In this document: piece by piece, positions 19,101 through 28,770 of the stretch
Numbering within the stretch: the stretch's first letter is position 1
Layout of the letters: every line of letters begins with the position of its first letter
Source: an uncultured Verrucomicrobiae bacterium
GTDB lineage: Bacteria > Verrucomicrobiota > Verrucomicrobiia > Chthoniobacterales > JAFAMB01
Direction: 5' to 3'
Assembly (NCBI GenBank): GCA_963813025.1
Contig: CAWEXO010000011.1
Span: forward strand, 352,001-416,000
Length of the DNA stretch: 64,000 nt
Made by a program: the position numbers and the translations under genes
The notes under the pieces: generated by a model
What the model saw: only the letters and a program-made list of their open reading frames with translations
The model's database searches: none
What the model was told of the DNA's origin: nothing

Positions 19101-19125
19101 CGGACGAGCAGGAGCCATCCCTACC
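19101..19125 (-). repeat. GTAG-type REP-like sequence
   Basis: Reverse strand GGTAGGGATGGCTCCTGCTCGTCCG in a convergent intergenic space. Confidence 0.45.
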
Positions 19126-19179
19126 GCAACCGTGGTTGACGCCATTCCAAAAGCGGCTCGGATTAAAGAGATTGTCCAG

Positions 19180-20055
19180 CTAGCCTTTAGTCAACCGTTC
19201 AAGCGCCTCCTGATACTTAATTGACATTTGCGCGATGATTTCCGGAGCCAGATTGGGTGCTGGCGGTTGTTTATTCCAGCCAAGTTCTTCCAGATAATCG
19301 CGGACAAACTGTTTATCAAAACTCACCGGACTCACGCCGGGATGATATTCGTCCGCTGACCAGAACCGGGAAGAATCCGGTGTCAAACATTCATCGATCA
19401 GGAGAAGCGTCTTATCCACCAGACCAAACTCAAACTTTGTGTCCGCGATGATTATACCGCGCTGCGCCGCATGTACGCTTCCATCGGCGTATAAGGCCAT
19501 GCTGAGATCGCGCAGCTGCCTGGCCTGATCTTCTGGAACAATCTCGAGGCATTGCTCCCAGGACAGGTTCTGGTCATGCCCGGTCCCTGCCTTGCTGGCA
19601 GGCGTAAAGATTGGGCTCGGCAGCTGAGCCGCGAGCTCGAGCCCGGGCGGAAGCTTGATACCGCACACTTCCCCAGTCTGTTGATACTCCACCCAGCTCG
19701 AGCCTGCGAGATAACTCCGAACAACACACTCAATTGGATACGGCTCGGCTTTGCGAACCAGCATGGATCTGCCCCGGAGCTGATCCGCAAACGGCTTCAG
19801 TTTGGCTGGAAATTCTTCCACGGCATCGGTCACGAAATGGCTGGGAAAATCGGCGAACTTCCTGAACCAGAAAGCGGAAAGTTGATTCAAGACTTCCCCT
19901 TTTCCCGGAATGGGGTCGGGTAGAATGCAGTCAAAGGCCGAGATGCGATCCGTCGCGACCATGAGATAGAACTCTCCCACGTCGAAAAGCTCCCGGACCT
20001 TCCCGGTCTGAACCTTTCTGATACCAGGCAAATCAATACTGGAAACCGCACTCAT
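19180..20055 (-). CDS. purC: SAICAR synthase
   Basis: GKVRE, ATDRISAFD, IADTKFEFG, LTPDSSRFW, SFDKQFVRD. Confidence 0.96.
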   Translation of the reverse strand: MSAVSSIDLPGIRKVQTGKVRELFDVGEFYLMVATDRISAFDCILPDPIPGKGEVLNQLSAFWFRKFADFPSHFVTDAVEEFPAKLKPFADQLRGRSMLVRKAEPYPIECVVRSYLAGSSWVEYQQTGEVCGIKLPPGLELAAQLPSPIFTPASKAGTGHDQNLSWEQCLEIVPEDQARQLRDLSMALYADGSVHAAQRGIIIADTKFEFGLVDKTLLLIDECLTPDSSRFWSADEYHPGVSPVSFDKQFVRDYLEELGWNKQPPAPNLAPEIIAQMSIKYQEALERLTKG

Positions 20056-20477
20056 GGGAGATGTCGCAAGAGCTGCTGAACGTTTTCTTCAATCGCCGGT
20101 AAGGCGATCTCCGGATCGGTCTCGAGCACATCCGGGACCGACCAGTATTCAATCCTATTCGCCCATTCGGGAAACTGTTGCTGCATCATTGGAAAGTGCT
20201 CTTGTCGATCGAGGGCGATCTGGACGGCGGAGTTTTCCAGATCGTCAACGGTCAGCTGCACACGACCTTTGCCAGTGTGGCTGAGATCGATCTGCCGCGA
20301 CTCCAAGGCGTCCACAGTCAAAGGCGAAAGATAACCTTCCGCCCAATGAATCGCTAAACCGCGAGAAAAAGCTCTCCAATCGATCCCCTTTTTTTTCGTG
20401 GCATGATTGAAAATCGCTTCGGCGAAACGGCTTCGATAAAAATTTCCCGTGCAAATGAACAAGACCCGTTTCGTCAC
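20052..20477 (-). CDS. Low-molecular-weight protein tyrosine phosphatase family protein
   Basis: VLFICTGNFYRSRFAEA P-loop-like motif. Confidence 0.85.
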   Translation of the reverse strand: MTKRVLFICTGNFYRSRFAEAIFNHATKKKGIDWRAFSRGLAIHWAEGYLSPLTVDALESRQIDLSHTGKGRVQLTVDDLENSAVQIALDRQEHFPMMQQQFPEWANRIEYWSVPDVLETDPEIALPAIEENVQQLLRHLP

Positions 20478-20852
20478 GCCTCCGCCAATACTGCCAGAAC
20501 AAGCCACGTTCAAGCATTTCACGTTTCGCGTTTCGCGATCAGATCCACAACTCCGATGGCAAGCACCTCGCGGTTCAAGGCAGCTCGCGAAGGGCTCGGA
20601 GTGTCGCCACCTTTAGATCGCGCGGAGCGCGGCCAAGAACGAGTAGCCGAGCGACGCAGCGCCGGGTTCCAAGGCGAAAGACCCGCTTTCCTGGGGGCAG
20701 CCGTTCCTCTTCGCTGTCGCGGACTCGGCTACGGCGGACAGGTCGGATGGTCAGAAAACGGGCAAGTCGCATACACAAAACACGAAACGTGAAACGTCCC
20801 GTTGGACGTTCAGAGCTCAACGCTCCACCTTGTTTCCATGCTCAACGTCAGC

Positions 20853-21806
20853 ATGCAACTTCCGAAAATTGCCGGTTTTGATCTGGACCGGATTATGGTC
20901 CCTCCCGATGGGAAAATTAATTTTCCGAAGGATTTTGACCCGGGTTATCGCGGAGATTTCAAAGACAAAGCATGCGCCGAACTCGAGCTCCAAAATGATG
21001 TCCAGCAGCTCGCTGAGCTGCAGCCTATTCTTTATGCGAATGACACCTATTCGCTCTTGTTAATTTTTCAGGCGCTCGATGCCGCGGGAAAAGACGGCAC
21101 AATCAAGCATGTCATGACCGGGGTGAATCCGCAGGGATGTGAAGTGACCAGTTTCAAGACACCGTCATCGGAGGAACTGGATCACGATTACCTTTGGCGC
21201 GCGCAACGGCGCATGCCGTCGCGAGGACGCATTGGAATTTTTAACCGCTCTTACTATGAAGAGGTGCTCGTCGTCCGGGTACACCCCGAGATCTGCACAA
21301 AAGAGCGCCTTCCAGATCATCAGTCTGGTCAGTCCCTCTGGAAACAACGGTTTCGGGAGATCAACAATTACGAAAGATATCTCACCGACAATGGCCTGAT
21401 CATTTTGAAGTTCTTTCTCAATGTATCCCGCAAAGAACAAAAGAAGAGATTCCTCAAGCGCATTGAGGAAAAGGAAAAGAACTGGAAGTTCTCCGCCGCC
21501 GACGTCCGCGAACGGCGGTTCTGGCCGCAGTACATCGATGCCTACGCTGAGGCATTCAACAAAACGAGCACTGCGTGGGCTCCCTGGTTCATTGTGCCGG
21601 CCGATCACAAATGGTTTACTCGCCTTTGTGTGGCGCGAATCATCGTGGCCACACTGCATTCGCTAAAGCTTGCTTACCCGAAAGTGCCGCCCGCGGTCGC
21701 GGCAGACCTCGAGAAAGCCAAGCAAGAGCTCCTCGATGAGAAAAAACGGAAAAGATCGCGGATGACCATGGTACCGAATGAAAAAGCAAGAACCGGAGTT
21801 CGGTAA
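20853..21806 (+). CDS. ppk2: Polyphosphate kinase 2 family protein
   Basis: QALDAAGKDG, VNPQG, FNRSYYEEVL, WKFS; start uncertain. Confidence 0.93.
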   Translation: MQLPKIAGFDLDRIMVPPDGKINFPKDFDPGYRGDFKDKACAELELQNDVQQLAELQPILYANDTYSLLLIFQALDAAGKDGTIKHVMTGVNPQGCEVTSFKTPSSEELDHDYLWRAQRRMPSRGRIGIFNRSYYEEVLVVRVHPEICTKERLPDHQSGQSLWKQRFREINNYERYLTDNGLIILKFFLNVSRKEQKKRFLKRIEEKEKNWKFSAADVRERRFWPQYIDAYAEAFNKTSTAWAPWFIVPADHKWFTRLCVARIIVATLHSLKLAYPKVPPAVAADLEKAKQELLDEKKRKRSRMTMVPNEKARTGVR

Positions 21807-21849
21807 GGAAGTGAACCGCATAGGGTCCTCTCAGAAACCAAACCACTCT

Positions 21850-22938
21850 ATGAAATTGTCGCTAAAACCCAAACCTGACCGGCGCAAGGATTATGCGTCC
21901 GATGAAGCGAAATGGCAGGCCGTAGTCGCGAAAGACCACCGTGCCGACGGCGTATTCTACTACTCCGTTAAAACGACGGGAGTCTACTGTCGGCCCTCCT
22001 GCTCAGCACGCCCGGCTTTGCGCGAAAACGTGGTTTTTCACGCCTCGACCGAGGACGCCGAGAAGGCAGGATTTCGAGCATGTAAGCGCTGTTCTCCCGC
22101 CGGCCGGACCTTGGCCCAAGAGCACACTGCCACGGTGGCGAAAGCCTGCCGGATCATGGACCATAGCGAGGAGTTGCTGCCGCTGTCGGATATTGCCAAA
22201 CGAGTCGGAATGAGCGCTTTCCATTTTCATCGCGTTTTCAAGGCGAGCACTGGACTGACGCCAAGGGCCTATGCCGTCGCAAACCGGTCACAGCGGGTGC
22301 GTAATAAACTCATCAAAACCGCCAGCGTGACCCAAGCGATCTATGACGCGGGCTTCAACTCGAATGGGCGCTTCTACGCCAAATCCTCGGAGACTCTTGG
22401 GATGACTCCGAAGAGTTTCAAAGCCGGCGGAACAGGAGCGACGATCCGCTTTGCGGTGGGTGAATGCTCACTGGGTTCGATCCTTGTGGCGGCTTCGGAA
22501 AAAGGTGTGTGCGCGATTCTCATGGGCAACGATCCTGACGCGCTCGTCAAGGATCTCCAGGACCGCTTCAGCCAAGCCAACCTAATCGGCGGCGATCGTC
22601 ATTTCGAGAAGACGGTCGCCAAAGTAGTCGGCCTCGTCGAAGCACCGCGCGTCGGATTCGATCTGCCGCTCGATGTGCGCGGCACCGCTTTTCAGCAGCG
22701 GGTCTGGCAGGCGCTCCGGGAAATTCCGGTCGGCACGACGACCACTTACACTGAGGTCGCGGCCCGAATAGGAATGCCGAAAGCGGCTCGAGCTGTGGCC
22801 CAAGCGTGCAGCGCAAACACCCTCGCGGTCGCCATTCCCTGCCATCGTGTCTCGCGGATCGACGGCGATCTTGCGGGATACCGCTGGGGCGTCGAACGCA
22901 AACGAGCACTGCTCGAGCGAGAGAAGGAAGCAGCATGA
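21850..22938 (+). CDS. ada: Bifunctional Ada regulator / O6-methylguanine-DNA methyltransferase
   Basis: YCRPSC...FRACKRC zinc site, AraC HTH, IPCHRV active site. Confidence 0.95.
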   Translation: MKLSLKPKPDRRKDYASDEAKWQAVVAKDHRADGVFYYSVKTTGVYCRPSCSARPALRENVVFHASTEDAEKAGFRACKRCSPAGRTLAQEHTATVAKACRIMDHSEELLPLSDIAKRVGMSAFHFHRVFKASTGLTPRAYAVANRSQRVRNKLIKTASVTQAIYDAGFNSNGRFYAKSSETLGMTPKSFKAGGTGATIRFAVGECSLGSILVAASEKGVCAILMGNDPDALVKDLQDRFSQANLIGGDRHFEKTVAKVVGLVEAPRVGFDLPLDVRGTAFQQRVWQALREIPVGTTTTYTEVAARIGMPKAARAVAQACSANTLAVAIPCHRVSRIDGDLAGYRWGVERKRALLEREKEAA

Positions 22939-22946
22939 CCGCAACG

Positions 22947-24680
22947 TCATCTTTCACGGCGCGCAATGAGCGGTGCGCTGCTCGGAATCGTTCTCTCCCG
23001 CCCTCGCTGTCCGCTCAAGTTCACGAGCAGGATTCGATGAATCTCGGCAATCGTCTGCCGGTTGTTCAGCGCGGCGTGACCGGTCGGGACGATCTTCTCC
23101 GATTGTGCTCCCGCCAGATGCGAACTCCAGTAAGGAACCACGCCGTCACTGCTATTCGGCGAATTCCCCCGACCCCGGTCGGCAATAATCGAGTGATAGG
23201 GAACGCGAGGGTCGATCGGCAGTTTGTTCATTGCGACCAGGAACCGGTTGGTGGGCGATAGGGTATCGATGCTGGTCGGAAAACGCGGTCTGCGGGCAGA
23301 GTCTTGGGGGTTCACCAGGAACTTCGCCGTCTCTACGCCAAGCGATACCATCCTCTCCGGCAGACTCACCAGCATGATCGCGAGCCGGCCAACAATGTTC
23401 GCCGCTAGACCTGATCCTCGATGCGGAGTTGCCACAAACACCACGCGCCCAACATCCGGTCGGCGCTGAAAAATAAGCATGGCTTCCAGTTTTTCCCTAT
23501 CCGTCGGATTCATTGGCAATTCAGCCGGTCGTTTTTGGAAATAAGCGTCCCAGATGTGATAACCGCTGTTCGTAACCGTCAGGCGCGAGATTAACCCGCC
23601 CATGCTATGTCCCACCAGCACGATTCCCCGGTGGTCCGGATAGGTCTGGTCGATCCGATCTAACTCGTTCCGCAGAAGGTCGGCGGAGTAGGGAAAAGGA
23701 TAACCGCTCGGGTAACTGAAAACCCAGAGTTGATAGTTCCGGTTGATCACCGGATCCGCTCGCAGACCGTTAATGACTGGCGCCCAGCTAGCCGGGGTAT
23801 CCTGCAGACCGTGAATGAAAATCACCGGGATTCTTCGCGGATCGTATGGTTGCAGCCTAATCAGCCGGGCCGTGTGGGCGAAACGTTCCGGACGAAGCAT
23901 GCGAATAAGACCCAAACGCTGCGGTCGGAACCTAACCAGCAGCATCGCCGGCCCGACCGAAAAATCAGCGGCCAACGGAACGGTGCGCTCTCCCAACCGA
24001 ACCCAGTCGGAAGCCAAAGGATCTCTTACTACGAGCCGGACTTCTTGACGCCGGAAGTCAAGCAACGCGGTCATGCCGTAGTCCAGCTTGTCAGAGTGCA
24101 GCCGGCCTTCCTGGTAGAGTTCCAAGGCGTTGCTGCTCTGTGCCACCACAGGTGCCCCGATCCCGGGACGCTGGACCCGCCGGGCAAAGAAGACCCCGCG
24201 GATATCAAGTTCATCCGCGGGTACGAAGTTGGTTGTGTGCGGATCCGAAAACGGTCGCAGATCGCTGGCAAATGTCAGACGACGAACAGCTTCGCCAAAA
24301 CCGACCAGCGTATGGCCGGCGTCCGCCAGTTTACCGTTTGTTTGCAAGAGCGAAACGGTCCGGCCAACGGCGTAGTTGTAGATTTGCCGGGCAGCCTCCT
24401 CGTTCGGGTTCTGCTGGAGTCGCCGCCAAGCGTTCTCCGATATACTCAGTTCGCGCGCGAGCGCCTGTGTCGGCGCCGTTCTTGCCTCCAGTCGAGTCGG
24501 AAACTCGCTCTGGGCGAAGGCACCGACCGGAGGCGCGGGCTGGACGTTCTTCACCCTTGCCAGCGGAGCACACCCCGCCGCCGCGCCCAGCCAAATGAGA
24601 AAGAATATTCTTCCCGTTGCGTTCATTTGCATGCCACGACTCGTCCAAAAATCCGTTGTAGTTTGCGCAACGAGCAGCAA
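22947..24680 (-). CDS. Alpha/beta-hydrolase (lipase-like) lipoprotein
   Basis: FIHGL, GHSMGG nucleophile elbow, ATPHRGS, SDGVVPY; start likely near 24632. Confidence 0.85.
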   Translation of the reverse strand: MLLVAQTTTDFWTSRGMQMNATGRIFFLIWLGAAAGCAPLARVKNVQPAPPVGAFAQSEFPTRLEARTAPTQALARELSISENAWRRLQQNPNEEAARQIYNYAVGRTVSLLQTNGKLADAGHTLVGFGEAVRRLTFASDLRPFSDPHTTNFVPADELDIRGVFFARRVQRPGIGAPVVAQSSNALELYQEGRLHSDKLDYGMTALLDFRRQEVRLVVRDPLASDWVRLGERTVPLAADFSVGPAMLLVRFRPQRLGLIRMLRPERFAHTARLIRLQPYDPRRIPVIFIHGLQDTPASWAPVINGLRADPVINRNYQLWVFSYPSGYPFPYSADLLRNELDRIDQTYPDHRGIVLVGHSMGGLISRLTVTNSGYHIWDAYFQKRPAELPMNPTDREKLEAMLIFQRRPDVGRVVFVATPHRGSGLAANIVGRLAIMLVSLPERMVSLGVETAKFLVNPQDSARRPRFPTSIDTLSPTNRFLVAMNKLPIDPRVPYHSIIADRGRGNSPNSSDGVVPYWSSHLAGAQSEKIVPTGHAALNNRQTIAEIHRILLVNLSGQRGRERTIPSSAPLIARRER

Positions 24681-24739
24681 ATGACAACTAGCGCCCCTTG
24701 CATCGCATCGATTTTCGACCCATGGGACGCACAGGACTC

Positions 24740-25894
24740 ATGGCTTTTCAACTGCTCGTCAACGATTCCGCGACCAAAGCACGGTATGGCCGTCTAACGA
24801 CCGCTCACGGCCAGATCGAGACTCCCGCCTTTATGCCGGTGGGCACCCAGGGGACAGTGAAGGCCACAACACCGGCCGAACTCGAAGAGGTCGGAACCCA
24901 GATCATCCTCGGCAACACTTATCATCTCTTTCTGCGACCTGGCTTGGAGGTGATAGAACACTTTGGAGGTCTCCACCGTTTTATGGATTGGTCCCGGCCT
25001 ATCCTGACTGACAGCGGCGGGTTCCAAGTGTTTTCTCTCGCTAAGTTGCGGCGGCTAACCGAGGACGGGGTGCATTTCAACAATCACCTCGACGGATCTC
25101 CCTGCTTTTTGAGTCCAGAGATCGCGATGGAGATCCAGACGGCGCTCGGTTCAGATATCGCCATGGTCCTGGATGAGTGCCCGCCCTACCCATGTGACCA
25201 CGACTACGCGGACACTAGTCTTGAGCGCACTCTGCGTTGGGCCGCCCGTTGTCGCGAATGGCATAGCCGGAGCACCGGCGATCAACGACCCCTCCTTTTT
25301 GGGATCGTCCAAGGTGCGATCTACCAGGATCTGCGGGAACGCAGCGCAGTCCGTCTGCGAAAACTGGATTTCGACGGATATGCCATCGGGGGAGTCAGCG
25401 TCGGTGAACCACAGACGGAAATGCTGCGCGCGATCGAGAGTTCGGAGCCACATCTACCGGCGGAAAAACCGCGCTACGCCATGGGCTTGGGAACGCCGCC
25501 CCAAATCGTCGAAATGGTCGCCCGAGGCGTTGACATGTTCGATTGTGTGCTGCCGACTCGACTGGCGCGCAATGGCACCGCCTTTGCCGCCCGAGGTACG
25601 ATCAATTTGAAGAATAATCCGTTTCGTTTAGACAAAGGTCCGATCGAAGATGGTTGTGCGTGTTCCACTTGCCGTGACTTCAGCCGTGGTTATATCCGGC
25701 ATCTCATTAAGGCCGAGGAGATACTCGGGTTGCGCCTGATTACGATTCATAATCTCCATTTCTATTTGTCATTGATGAAGCACATCCGTGTCGCGATCAC
25801 GGAAGGCACTTTTCAGAATTTTCGTGAACAATTCGTTGCGAATTACCGGACTCGTGATTCAGAGAACAATGAGCCGCAAACCCCGGACTCCTGA
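24740..25894 (+). CDS. tgt: tRNA-guanine transglycosylase
   Basis: ETPAFMPVGT, LTDSGGFQV, DMFDCVLPTR, C-x-C-x2-C zinc site. Confidence 0.96.
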   Translation: MAFQLLVNDSATKARYGRLTTAHGQIETPAFMPVGTQGTVKATTPAELEEVGTQIILGNTYHLFLRPGLEVIEHFGGLHRFMDWSRPILTDSGGFQVFSLAKLRRLTEDGVHFNNHLDGSPCFLSPEIAMEIQTALGSDIAMVLDECPPYPCDHDYADTSLERTLRWAARCREWHSRSTGDQRPLLFGIVQGAIYQDLRERSAVRLRKLDFDGYAIGGVSVGEPQTEMLRAIESSEPHLPAEKPRYAMGLGTPPQIVEMVARGVDMFDCVLPTRLARNGTAFAARGTINLKNNPFRLDKGPIEDGCACSTCRDFSRGYIRHLIKAEEILGLRLITIHNLHFYLSLMKHIRVAITEGTFQNFREQFVANYRTRDSENNEPQTPDS

Positions 25895-25933
25895 CCGGCT
25901 TTAAATGCGATAAACGGCACCAATCATTCCCGC

Positions 25934-26911
25934 ATGAGATATTGCCCAATTCCGAATACTAACCTCCACCCCTCAGTGATCTGCCTTGGCACCGGGGCAA
26001 TGGGGGGAGGGGGAATCGATGATGCCAATTCCTTTGCTCTCCTGGATCACTTTGTTGCCGCCGGAGGCAATCTCATCGACACCGCGCTGGTCTACTCCGA
26101 TTGGATTCCGGGAACGCGAAACCGCAGCGAAAAGCTGATCGGCCGCTGGCTCAAGGAGCGCGGTTGCCGCGATGAAATCCTGTTGTCGACCAAGGGTGCG
26201 CACCCGGTCTTAGAGACAATGCATATTCCGCGAATGAGTCGCGTGGAGATTGAAAACGATCTTCACACGAGTTTAGGCAACCTCGGCATTGATCACGTCG
26301 ACCTCTACTGGTTGCACCGCGATGCTCCCCTCATTCCAACCGAGGAAATTTTGACCGTGTTGGATCGCTTACGCAGTGCCGGAAAAATCCGCTACTATGG
26401 GATCTCGAACTGGCAAGTCGGCCGAGCGGAGGAAGCCCGTCAAGTGGCCGCTCGGGCCAGCATGGCCGGAATTGTTGCCACTCAGAATTTTTGGAGTCTG
26501 GCCCAAGTCAATTTGAACTCAGCCGACCCAACCTGGGCGATCATGGACGACGACTATATTCGCTGGCATGAGAAAAACGGTATGGCCGCGTTCGCCTACA
26601 CACCGCTGGCCAGTGGTTATTTCCGGCGACTTGAGCGAGGTACTCTCGACCAGGCCAATCCGACGATGCGGTCGCTCTTTGATTTGCCTGTCAATCGGCA
26701 GCGATTCGAGCGACTGCAGGCCTTGCAACGAGAGACGGGATTCCCCATTACCCAGTTGCTCCTCGGATACCTTCTCAGTCGGGATTTTCCCGTATTTCCG
26801 ATCGTTGGACCGCAGAAACTGGAGGACCTCGAAGAGGCGCTCAGCGCGGCTGAGATCAAACTGAGTGCTACTCAACGCGACTCGCTGCTGAATTCCAACG
26901 AACTTTCTTAG
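25934..26911 (+). CDS. Aldo/keto reductase
   Basis: GGNLIDTALVY, STKG, DLYWLHRD, GISNW. Confidence 0.92.
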   Translation: MRYCPIPNTNLHPSVICLGTGAMGGGGIDDANSFALLDHFVAAGGNLIDTALVYSDWIPGTRNRSEKLIGRWLKERGCRDEILLSTKGAHPVLETMHIPRMSRVEIENDLHTSLGNLGIDHVDLYWLHRDAPLIPTEEILTVLDRLRSAGKIRYYGISNWQVGRAEEARQVAARASMAGIVATQNFWSLAQVNLNSADPTWAIMDDDYIRWHEKNGMAAFAYTPLASGYFRRLERGTLDQANPTMRSLFDLPVNRQRFERLQALQRETGFPITQLLLGYLLSRDFPVFPIVGPQKLEDLEEALSAAEIKLSATQRDSLLNSNELS

Positions 26912-26972
26912 ACTCTTTTTTTCGAGAAAGCAGGCAGACCTCTCCGGCCTAGCCGAAGAGGTCTGCTGCCCC

Positions 26973-27020
26973 AGCCGGGATCGCTCGCAAATCTTTGAGG
27001 ATTTGCGAGCGATCCCGGCT
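26973..27020. repeat. Perfect 21-bp inverted repeat with 6-nt loop
   Basis: AGCCGGGATCGCTCGCAAATC-TTTGAG-GATTTGCGAGCGATCCCGGCT. Confidence 0.9.
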
Positions 27021-27105
27021 AAGGCGTTTCTTTTCTTGACAACGTGCGGACACCGGCCACAGTTCCACCTCCCAAACTCGCTCTCCGAGAATGGGCCCGC
27101 TGTCT

Positions 27106-27330
27106 ATGTCTACTCAACTGCTCGAAGAAGCCTCGCGAACAATCGTTAATACCGCAATTTTGGTCAATCTTGTGTCCAAGCGCGTTCGCCAGCTAAGCTC
27201 GGGTCATCGTCCTCTGGTCGAGGTCGGTCCCCGCATGTCGTTCGCCGACATCGCTCTCAAGGAGATCATCGAAGGCAAGCTCACCTTCGAGCGCATCACC
27301 GCCGAAGAAGAACAAGTAGTTGCCGTCTAG
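27106..27330 (+). CDS. rpoZ: RNA polymerase omega subunit
   Basis: LVNLVSKRVRQL...ADIALKEIIEGKL; TTGACA at 27036 upstream. Confidence 0.88.
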   Translation: MSTQLLEEASRTIVNTAILVNLVSKRVRQLSSGHRPLVEVGPRMSFADIALKEIIEGKLTFERITAEEEQVVAV

Positions 27331-27389
27331 CCTGCATCGCTCGTTGTTACGTTTGACCCTCGATCTGATCGTGAAAGGCCCAGTCAGCA

Positions 27390-27848
27390 ATGCCAGCCGA
27401 CATCGCCAATAACCGGCGCGCTTTTCATAACTATCACATCCTGGAAAAGCTCGAGGCCGGAATTGAACTACAGGGAACGGAGGTAAAGTCAATCCGCGCC
27501 GGACTGGCTACCCTCAATAATGCCTTCGCCCGGGTCGAAGGAAAGGAGGCGTTCCTCTACGACGCGGATATTCAACCCTACGAGCGAGCCAGTCACTCGC
27601 AGCATGAACCGAAACGGAAGCGGAGGTTGCTCCTTCATCGGTCTGAGATCGATCGTCTCGCCACCGCCAACGCCGTCCGGGGCCAAACTCTGGTCGCCCT
27701 ACGTTTGTATTGGAAAAACCATCGTGTAAAAGTCGAACTCGGTATTGGCCGGGGCAAGGATAGCGGCGATAAGCGCGAAGATCTCAGGGAGAAAGCAGTT
27801 CGCCGGGAAACCGAGCGAGCCGCCTCGGACTTCAACAAGCGGCGTTAA
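27390..27848 (+). CDS. smpB: SsrA-binding protein
   Basis: NNRRAFHNY, EAGIELQGTEVKSIR, RKRRLLLH, DKRE. Confidence 0.96.
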   Translation: MPADIANNRRAFHNYHILEKLEAGIELQGTEVKSIRAGLATLNNAFARVEGKEAFLYDADIQPYERASHSQHEPKRKRRLLLHRSEIDRLATANAVRGQTLVALRLYWKNHRVKVELGIGRGKDSGDKREDLREKAVRRETERAASDFNKRR

Positions 27849-27861
27849 TTTAACAGAGCCT

Positions 27862-27990
27862 CCCGAGTCCCGGGTAGCGAGTCCCGGGTTCTGAGTCGCG
27901 GGTTGCGGGTTGCGATTTTGAGTTCTCCTTTCTCCCCTGCGTCCTCACCACGCAACTCGCGCGACACGGGACTCGGGACTCGAGACTACG
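27862..27990. repeat. Inverted arrays of degenerate 7-mers (GAGTCCC/GGGACTC, GGTTGCG/CGCAACT)
   Basis: Seen between convergent smpB and DUF4136 genes. Confidence 0.65.
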
Positions 27991-27996
27991 AACGCC

Positions 27997-28587
27997 CTAT
28001 CGTCTCTTCCGACTCGGTAGATCTGCCAAAGTCTTTTCTATCACCGCCTTGACCCGGGCACGCAGCTTATCCGTCGGCAGGGAACGATCGAGCGCTGCCG
28101 TCGAGTACCCCCGCCAGATGATCCGGCGTTGACGTGGATCGATTAAGTCGATGATAAGCGTTCCAGATGCCGCTTCCCCTGGCCGCTTCGGGTTTTGAAA
28201 CCGGGCGAGGTCCGCTTGCGTTTCCTCGCCCGGACTGAGGCTGTAGCCCGAGTAGTTGTCCAGCGTGGTAACTGATTCACCCTCTTTCAGGACGATATGA
28301 AAAGCGACCAGGAAATCGGTTTGACGGGTTGGAAAAAAGCGATAGCCCTTCGCGTTGAGAGCCGCCACGATATCCTGCCCGATCTGGTTCCGCCAGTACG
28401 CGCTGTTGGAAACCGCCTCGGCCGCGGTCAAGCTCTTATCCGGTACGAAGCGGAAGGTCGTTCGTCCCGCAAAGTTCGCGTCGGGCGCCTGGTGGCTGGC
28501 TGTTCGCACGCCGCTGGCGCAACCGGTCAATAGTAGTACCAGCATTGAGCAAGTCGCCAGCAGATAACGGGAAAAAGGTTTTTTCAT
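27997..28587 (-). CDS. DUF4136-family lipoprotein
   Basis: LTGC lipobox; GTLIIDLID...IWRG motif. Confidence 0.8.
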   Translation of the reverse strand: MKKPFSRYLLATCSMLVLLLTGCASGVRTASHQAPDANFAGRTTFRFVPDKSLTAAEAVSNSAYWRNQIGQDIVAALNAKGYRFFPTRQTDFLVAFHIVLKEGESVTTLDNYSGYSLSPGEETQADLARFQNPKRPGEAASGTLIIDLIDPRQRRIIWRGYSTAALDRSLPTDKLRARVKAVIEKTLADLPSRKRR

Positions 28588-28770
28588 AACGAGAGACTTT
28601 GAAGACTGGAAGTCGACATAGATGAATCAAGCTTTTTAAGCGGACTTTTTCCCGCTTGTTCTATTTTTTCGAAAGACTCTGTACCGCGAGGCCGCAGACA
28701 GCGGTTAGCCAGATTCCAATGCCGCCCTTTTCCGGCAAAACTCGTCGGTCTGAGGCGCGGCCCTCCCTGA

